From Vibrio alginolyticus NBRC 15630 = ATCC 17749 (GTDB lineage: Bacteria; Pseudomonadota; Gammaproteobacteria; Enterobacterales; Vibrionaceae), in NCBI RefSeq assembly GCF_000354175.2, contig NC_022349.1, positions 3,030,001 through 3,062,000 on the forward strand: a DNA stretch of 32,000 nt. Direction: 5' to 3'. A model generated the notes under the pieces. It worked only from the letters and a program-made list of their open reading frames with translations, did no database searches and was not told the origin of the DNA. The first letter of the stretch is position 1. Each line of letters opens with the position of its first letter. Shown in pieces: positions 26,606-32,000 of this stretch. Made by a program: the position numbers and the translations under genes.

Positions 26606-27673
26606 TTACTGAGTTTCTAACGGTATCTGTCCGGTTGTCAGCGGCTCGGCATCGAATTCAGTGAGGCCTTCAATATAGCTTTCGACTGCTTGCTCTAAAG
26701 CATTATCACCTTGGTTAAAATAGGCAAGGTGGAAAATTGCATCGCCTTCGTTCACCAATGGTAATGTTTGTTGACCGATAACCAAACCACGCTTCGGGGC
26801 TTTTAGTTCTATCTCATCATGACCAAGAGGAGAGCTAATATAAGCGAGCGTTTCCCCCTGTTCTACTTTGTCTCCCAGATTAACGACAGTACGCAAAATG
26901 CCGTTACCTGACGCGCGAACCCAGCTAGTGGACTTCGCTATGATAGGCTCAGGCAGCTTTTTCCTGCTCGCACGCAACATACCAATGGCTTGCATTACGC
27001 GCCGAACCCCGAGTACACCAGCGCTTATCGAAAGTGGATCAAAACGCAATGCTTCGCCAGCTTCGTAGGTGAGCACTGGAATATCGCATTTTTCTGCTTC
27101 ACTGCGTAAAGAGCCATCACGCAATGCTGAATCAACAATCACTGGCGTCGCAAATGCTTGAGCAATACGCAGCGTTTCTGGGTTGCTTAAGTTTGCGCGG
27201 ATCTGTGGCAAGTTCGTGCGATGAATTGCCCCTGTGTGTAGATCCAAAATGTAGTCACAACGCTTGGCAATGTTGTTAAAGAACCCGTGTGCCATACGAG
27301 ATGCAAGTGCGCCTTTTTCACTGCCAGGAAAGCAACGGTTGAGATCTCGTCGGTCGGGCAAGTAACGAGATTTATGGATGAAACCAAAAACGTTAACGAT
27401 AGGTACTGCAATGACAGTGCCTTTCAGTTTTTGTGGATCCAGTTGGTTAATGATCTGACGAACGATTTCTACGCCATTAAGCTCATCACCATGGATAGCA
27501 GCATTCACCATTAACACTGGTCCTTCTTGTTTCCCATGGATGATTTCCACAGGAATAGATAAAGGCGAATGTGTATATAGCTTCGCTGCTTCAAATTCGA
27601 TCTCTAATCGTTGCCCTGGTTGTATTTGATGTCCTAAGAGCTCAAACACTTTGCTTTTTTTACTTCTGGCCAT
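26606..27673 (-). CDS. Succinylglutamate desuccinylase/aspartoacylase (AstE/AspA, M14-like) family protein
   Basis: 355 aa. The zinc-ligand context AAIHGDELNG, together with ...DLHTG... and a C-terminal beta-rich domain, is typical of this family as I recall it. The substrate is unknown. Confidence 0.8.
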   Translation of the reverse strand: MARSKKSKVFELLGHQIQPGQRLEIEFEAAKLYTHSPLSIPVEIIHGKQEGPVLMVNAAIHGDELNGVEIVRQIINQLDPQKLKGTVIAVPIVNVFGFIHKSRYLPDRRDLNRCFPGSEKGALASRMAHGFFNNIAKRCDYILDLHTGAIHRTNLPQIRANLSNPETLRIAQAFATPVIVDSALRDGSLRSEAEKCDIPVLTYEAGEALRFDPLSISAGVLGVRRVMQAIGMLRASRKKLPEPIIAKSTSWVRASGNGILRTVVNLGDKVEQGETLAYISSPLGHDEIELKAPKRGLVIGQQTLPLVNEGDAIFHLAYFNQGDNALEQAVESYIEGLTEFDAEPLTTGQIPLETQ

Positions 27674-28003
27674 AAACCATCTCTGTCAAATGCGTCATCA
27701 GCAATGTAACAATTGCTGCAAAATCGCACTAATCATTCTCATTAAGGACACGACAAATTACTTTAATCGTCATGCGTGAAATTTTGGTATGTGTGAAGTT
27801 TTTGTTTTCAATATGATCTTTTCTATCAGTTTAATACATAACAAGACATAGAGAAGAGAGCGCAATAATAGCCTTAAAAAATGTGACTGTATTAAAAATA
27901 ATACTGTTCATGGAGGACAAAAAAACGGACTTTTAACCCTACTTTTTATCCGATAATATCCGCGCCGAATTTGAGGTTTCACACTTTCTAACTAGAGGTT
28001 TTG

Positions 28004-28543
28004 ATGAAAAAGGCAATTGCTAAAATTGGTGCATTGACTGCGGTAGCAGTTTCACTTTCAGGTTGCGTAGGTAGTAATGCCGTGACAGGTTATGTCATGG
28101 GGTTTAACTTGAAAGCTGTTGACAACCGTTACGCTCGAGGTGGTCTAAATATGCTTTTAGCGCCTGTTTATGGTGTCGCGATCGCAGCGGATTATATCGT
28201 GTTTAACTCTCTAGAATTTTGGACGGGTAAGAACCCGTTAAATGGTAAGCCACATATCTTCGATACAAAGGTAGATACTTACATTGATGTCAATCACCAG
28301 TTAGATAAGTCGTTAACGACGGCACCAATCGCACCATTAGCGGATAACCGTGTCATTGAGCAGGGGCGAATGCAGAAAATCGATGAGAACACTGTTCAAA
28401 TGGATATTACTTACAGCAACGGTGAAAAGGCGACACTCATGGGTGTGCGCGATGGTGAGTTTGTTACTTACTACATTGATGGTGAAGTTGTTGCACAAAC
28501 CTCAATGGATGAATTAGCCGCTTACGCGCAAAACCGTGTGTAG
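28004..28543 (+). CDS. Small lipoprotein (resembles DUF3332-type proteins from memory)
   Basis: The ORF track opens at a TTG at 28001. The ATG at 28004 has AGAGG 5 nt upstream. The sequence MKKAIAKIGALTAVAVSLSGC gives a lipobox (L-S-G-C). The conserved-looking block is LLAPVYGVAIAADYIVFNSLEFWTGKNP. Confidence 0.75.
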   Translation: MKKAIAKIGALTAVAVSLSGCVGSNAVTGYVMGFNLKAVDNRYARGGLNMLLAPVYGVAIAADYIVFNSLEFWTGKNPLNGKPHIFDTKVDTYIDVNHQLDKSLTTAPIAPLADNRVIEQGRMQKIDENTVQMDITYSNGEKATLMGVRDGEFVTYYIDGEVVAQTSMDELAAYAQNRV

Positions 28544-28560
28544 TTGGGTTCAACTAAACC

Positions 28561-28597
28561 AAAAAAAGGGTGCCGTATGGCACCCTTTGTCGTTTTT
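28561..28597. terminator. Bidirectional intrinsic terminator (lipoprotein gene and pepD)
   Basis: AAAAAAA-GGGTGCC-gtat-GGCACCC-TTTGTCGTTTTT. It lies between the stops at 28543 (+) and 28608 (-). Confidence 0.85.
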
Positions 28598-28607
28598 CGT
28601 GATTGAA

Positions 28608-30080
28608 TTATGCTTTCTCTGGAATCGCTTCTAAAAGCGCGACCATCTGATCCCAGTACAACTGAACAGTATCAATCTTCACTTTCTCATCTGGAGAGTG
28701 AGGGAATTTTATTGTTGGACCGAAAGAAACCATATCCATGTGTGGGTATGGTTCTTTAAATAGGCCACACTCAAGACCAGCATGGATGACCATGATGTTC
28801 GGCTTATGACCGTAAATGCCTTCATACATATCACGGAAAATTGCCATGATCTCGGAATCTGCATCTGGCTTCCAGCCAGGGTAAGCGCCTGAGAACTGAA
28901 TTTGTGCGCCTGCTAGCTCAGTAATCGAGCGCAACATGCTTTCCACTTGGCTACGGCCAGAGTCAATGAGAGAACGAATCAAGCAAAGCACGGTGACTTT
29001 ATTTTCTTCTGTGCTGATCACACCAACGTTTAGAGAAGTTTCAACAACGCCTTCCACCTCATCACTCATACGGATTACGCCGTTTGGACAAGCGTTAAGT
29101 GCCGCAATGAATCGTTGCTGATCGGCGATTGAAAATACTTGCGCGTCAGTCGTGATCACTTCATTAAAGGTTACGATACCTGTTTCGATTTTACCCAATT
29201 CAGTTTTAAGCAGCTCAGTGTAGTGGTTGAACAGCTCAGCAAGCTTGTCTTGGTTTTCGACAGGAAGCGCGACAGTAACAAACGCTTCGCGAGGGATTGC
29301 ATTACGTAAGCTACCGCCACGGAATTCGACTAAACGTAAATCAAGCTCTTGAGCATGACCGGCAAGGAAACGACCAAGTAATTTGTTGGCATTACCGCGA
29401 CCTGTGTGAATGTCACAACCTGAGTGACCACCTTTTAGGCCTTTCAGCGTCAGTTGGCGTGTTACAAAACCTGCAGGCGTTGATTCTCGAGAAATATCGA
29501 AAGTCATGGTGCCATCAACGCCACCTGCACAACCCATGTAGACTTCGCCTTCTTGCTCAGAGTCTGTATTTAGAAGAATCTCACCCTCTAACCAACCAGC
29601 TTCAAGGCCAAATGCGCCAGTCATGCCTGCTTCTTCATCAATCGTCAGCAGAACTTCGAGTGGACCGTGCTTAATATCTTTAGATGCCAATACAGCAAGG
29701 CAAGAAGCCATACCAATACCGTTATCTGCACCAAGCGTCGTGCCTTTCGCAGTTACCCATTCGCCATCGATGTAAGGTTGGATTGGATCTTTGGTGAAGT
29801 CGTGTTCAGTGTCTTCGTTTTTCTGCGGCACCATGTCGATGTGTGCTTGAAGTACAACAGCCTTCTTATTTTCCATTCCTGGTGTCGCGGGCTTTTTGAT
29901 GAACACGTTACCGGTTGGATCACGGCGAACGTCAAAGCCTTGCTCTGTTGCCCAGTTGATAATGTACTGTGCTAATGCTTCTTCATGTTTCGATGGATGA
30001 GGGATAGAACAAATCTTATCGAAAAACTGCCAAAGTGGAGCAGGTGATAAGGTACTGATCTCAGAATGGAACTCAGACAC
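28608..30080 (-). CDS. pepD: Aminoacyl-histidine (Xaa-His) dipeptidase PepD
   Basis: The ORF track opens at 30134. The GTG at 30080 has AAGGAG 6 nt upstream and gives (M)SEFHSEISTLSPAPLWQFFDKICSIPHPSKHEE, which aligns with the E. coli PepD N-terminus MSELSQLSPQPLWDIFAKICSIPHPSYHEE from memory. That gives 490 aa. It is an M20 family peptidase (HIDMV, DEE). Confidence 0.95.
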   Translation of the reverse strand: MSEFHSEISTLSPAPLWQFFDKICSIPHPSKHEEALAQYIINWATEQGFDVRRDPTGNVFIKKPATPGMENKKAVVLQAHIDMVPQKNEDTEHDFTKDPIQPYIDGEWVTAKGTTLGADNGIGMASCLAVLASKDIKHGPLEVLLTIDEEAGMTGAFGLEAGWLEGEILLNTDSEQEGEVYMGCAGGVDGTMTFDISRESTPAGFVTRQLTLKGLKGGHSGCDIHTGRGNANKLLGRFLAGHAQELDLRLVEFRGGSLRNAIPREAFVTVALPVENQDKLAELFNHYTELLKTELGKIETGIVTFNEVITTDAQVFSIADQQRFIAALNACPNGVIRMSDEVEGVVETSLNVGVISTEENKVTVLCLIRSLIDSGRSQVESMLRSITELAGAQIQFSGAYPGWKPDADSEIMAIFRDMYEGIYGHKPNIMVIHAGLECGLFKEPYPHMDMVSFGPTIKFPHSPDEKVKIDTVQLYWDQMVALLEAIPEKA

Positions 30081-30371
30081 GGAGGACTCCTTTTGATGTG
30101 CTTTGCCAAATATATACCGTAAAAATATTATCAAGGTAGCATTAAATGCTAGACGATTTGGCCTTCAAATTGCCGTTAGCATACCACCAGATAAGGAGTA
30201 CGAGTAGTCGCGATCACAAGGATTTCTCTCAGAACTGTCACAGTTTGTGAATACAATAACAAGCACTATGTGTTCTCTATCATATATTCTGAAAGTGGCT
30301 TTATTTTTTAATTCATAAAATTGTAATTTAATTACACATAAACTTTGATAAAGGTCAATTTGTGCATTTTT

Positions 30372-30387
30372 TGTGATTCCAATCACT
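30372..30387. promoter_or_regulatory. CRP-like binding site in the pepD-permease spacer
   Basis: TGTGA-ttccaa-TCACT compared with the consensus TGTGA-N6-TCACA, matching 9 of 10 core positions in an AT-rich context (tttTGTGAttccaaTCACTaaa). Confidence 0.5.
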
Positions 30388-30705
30388 AAAATGCTTGTAA
30401 TTAAATTTCTTGGTGGTATATTTGTAACCAGCTTCTGAGAGAAGAATGAAATGCTCAAAGGATGAGTCCGTTTTATCGCCTCCAAGGAACCGAGAAATCA
30501 ACGAATGTTTAATTGATTTAAAAGGTGATAGTTATGAAAGGTTTACCAAGTACAATGTTCTGGAATAGCAAGTCTGTTTACACCGGTAACTTTGTATACC
30601 CAACAAGCTTTGGCTACTAAGTGAAGTCAACGCATGTGACTCGAACAGTTTGTTCACCCCTATAAATTGGAATTTTTTTTCAGTGATAGTGCTGACATGA
30701 TTCAC

Positions 30706-30733
30706 CGCCACCCAAATTGGGTGGCGTTTTTTT
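30706..30733 (+). terminator. Strong orphan intrinsic terminator (plus strand) with no annotated gene upstream
   Basis: CGCCACCC-aaatt-GGGTGGCG forms an 8-bp perfect GC-rich stem, followed by 7 T (30727-30733). There is no A-run on the 5' side, so it is unidirectional (+). The nearest plus-strand CDS upstream is more than 2 kb away. Confidence 0.8.
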
Positions 30734-31065
30734 ATCTCTATTTTCTCTTCCTGACTCACTTATTGCCATCAAAGCCTTCTTCTATTCCCCATTCTTCGGT
30801 TTTATCGACTTTTCCATCAAATCTGTTAGATACCATGTTTAAAATGGGCCTTTTTCATCTGAAAGTTTAGTACATTGCTCAGTTTTTATTCTCTTTTAGA
30901 GAACTGTGTTATCTGGGTTACCTATTGTTTTATAAGAATATATTTCTTTGCTTGCTATGATAGATTAGAGAATGTGTTTCATATCCAAAGAAAAAAAACG
31001 CATTAGAGTGAAGATTCTATCTAGAATTTGCTATTTGATAACTTTATAATTCCCGCCAATCGATT

Positions 31066-31081
31066 ACGCAACCGTTTACTT
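31066..31081 (+). promoter_or_regulatory. PurR operator upstream of the purine permease
   Basis: ACGCAACCGTTTACTT matches ACGCAAACGTTTGCGT at 13 of 16 positions. It lies 16 nt downstream of a perfect TATAAT (31045-31050) and 24 nt upstream of the permease ATG. Confidence 0.65.
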
Positions 31082-31104
31082 TTTTACCTTTACAGGATTC
31101 GATC

Positions 31105-32000
31105 ATGCTCGAGAGGCTTTTTAAACTCAGTGAAAATGGCACAAATGTGCGTACTGAGATCATTGCAGGTGTTACGACCTTCCTAACTATGGCTTACATT
31201 ATTTTTGTAAACCCAGCGATCCTGTCGGATACCGGTATGGACCGTGGCGCCATTTTTGTCGCGACTTGTCTTGCTGCCGCAATCGGCTGTTTTATCATGG
31301 GATTTGTTGCCAATTACCCAATCGCACAGGCACCAGGAATGGGCCTGAACGCATTTTTTACTTACTCTGTTGTATTGGGAATGGGTTATACGTGGCAAGT
31401 TGCGTTGGCGGCTGTATTTGTTTCTGGCCTTCTGTTCATTCTTTTAAGCGTATTTAAGATCCGTGAGTGGATTATTAACTCGATCCCGCATTCTCTACGA
31501 ACAGGTATTTCAGCTGGTATTGGTCTTTTCTTAGCGTTTATCGCATTAAAAAATGCAGGTATCGTCGTTGATAACCCAGCGACATTAGTTTCTATGGGAG
31601 AGATCACATCATTGCCATCTGTATTGGCCGCGATTGGCTTCTTTCTTACGATTGCACTGGTTCACCGTGGTGTGAAAGGTGCGGTGATGATCGCCATTCT
31701 TGGCGTTACAGCGCTTGGTCTTCTATTTGGTGATGTGCAGTGGGGCGGTATTATGTCAACGCCACCAAGCATTGCGCCAACTTTCATGCAACTGGATTTC
31801 TCTGGTTTGTTTGAAGTAGGCATGATTTCCGTCGTATTTGCTTTCCTATTTGTCGATTTATTTGACACCGCAGGTACGCTCGTTGGCGTTTCTCAAAAAG
31901 CTGGTCTAACTGATGAGAATGGCAACATCCCTCGTTTAAACAAAGCGTTACTTGCAGACTCAACAGCAACGTCAGTAGGTGCATTACTTGGTACCTCTAA
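31105..32000 (+). CDS. NCS2-family purine (adenine/guanine/hypoxanthine) permease, partial (3' end beyond window)
   Basis: Absent from the ORF track because there is no stop. My translation from the ATG at 31105 (AGGA 9 nt upstream) is MLERLFKLSENGTNVRTEIIAGVTTFLTMAYIIFVNPAILSDTGMDRGAIFVATCLAAAIGCFIMGFVANYPIAQAPGMGLNAFFTY..., which is the conserved AzgA/PurP-type N-terminus. The frame stays open to position 32000. Confidence 0.9.
   Translation, partial: MLERLFKLSENGTNVRTEIIAGVTTFLTMAYIIFVNPAILSDTGMDRGAIFVATCLAAAIGCFIMGFVANYPIAQAPGMGLNAFFTYSVVLGMGYTWQVALAAVFVSGLLFILLSVFKIREWIINSIPHSLRTGISAGIGLFLAFIALKNAGIVVDNPATLVSMGEITSLPSVLAAIGFFLTIALVHRGVKGAVMIAILGVTALGLLFGDVQWGGIMSTPPSIAPTFMQLDFSGLFEVGMISVVFAFLFVDLFDTAGTLVGVSQKAGLTDENGNIPRLNKALLADSTATSVGALLGTS

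Noticed and set aside
30165-30485. A 106-aa minus-strand ORF in the pepD-permease spacer.
   Set aside because: It has only a TTG start and no SD at a usable distance. Its composition is driven by AT-rich, Ile/Leu/Phe/Ser-rich sequence. It also runs across the CRP-like site, both palindromes and the promoter-like element.
30532-30759. A 75-aa minus-strand ORF, and a 67-aa plus-strand ORF at 30667-30870.
   Set aside because: Both read straight through the 8-bp GC stem and U-tract terminator at 30706-30733. They lack SD sequences and look like chance frames.
30756-30836. A 26-codon acidic minus-strand mini-ORF (MVSNRFDGKVDKTEEWGIEEGFDGNK).
   Set aside because: No SD lies within 5-12 nt of the ATG, there is no promoter, and there is no terminator on that strand (the hairpin has no U-tract in the minus orientation). 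I keep it only as a note.
30880-31104. Expectation of a purine riboswitch upstream of the NCS2 purine permease.
   Set aside because: I found no TATGG / CTACC / CCGTAAA junction motifs or three-way-junction pairing. A PurR operator is present instead.
1-32000. A whole-window scan for mobile-element or defence hallmarks: terminal inverted repeats, transposase, integrase or recombinase genes, tRNA-adjacent att sites, CRISPR repeats, toxin-antitoxin pairs, and nuclease, helicase or STAND ATPase genes.
   Set aside because: None was seen. Apart from the AT-rich pilin cluster and the two long spacers, composition and gene content look like conserved housekeeping chromosome.

Overview
This window looks like ordinary core chromosome with Vibrionaceae-type gene content and order (taxon is an inference from protein sequences and synteny, not a search). 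The gene order is: GNAT (partial) <- recN <- lipoprotein <- nadK | grpE -> DAACS symporter -> dnaK -> dnaJ -> | <- pilE-like | fimT-pilW-(large PilX-position gene)-pilV -> AbgT-family transporter -> tadA -> | <- mltF | purL -> small charged protein -> | <- secreted 146-aa protein <- TonB-dependent receptor <- AstE/AspA-family protein | DUF3332-like lipoprotein -> | <- pepD | NCS2 purine permease (partial) ->.

I found no rRNA, tRNA, CRISPR array, transposase, integrase or phage gene, and no defence-island hallmarks. Regulatory signals readable by eye are:
- three LexA boxes at recN
- sigma-32 promoters at grpE and dnaK
- PurR boxes at purL and at the permease
- two Fur boxes around the TonB-dependent receptor module
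- one CRP-like site
- about a dozen intrinsic terminators, several of them bidirectional between convergent genes

Several ORF-track starts are over-extended (purL, pepD, grpE, dnaJ, the lipoproteins and the pilins), and I re-called them.

I do not see a clear-cut novel multi-gene system. The stretches most worth a second look are:
1. The roughly 1 kb gene-free pepD-permease spacer, which carries an orphan strong terminator, a CRP-like site, a promoter-like element, palindromes and two overlapping mini-ORFs. It is a candidate sRNA or small-protein locus.
2. The 588-bp tadA/mltF convergent spacer, which holds a strongly SD-preceded 44-codon Arg/Lys-rich ORF.
3. A Fur-controlled TonB-dependent receptor followed by an uncharacterised His-rich secreted protein that has its own Fur-like box.
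4. The AT-rich minor-pilin cluster with an oversized Cys-rich protein in the PilX/YgdB position.

All functional calls rest on by-eye homology and motif recognition and need database confirmation.
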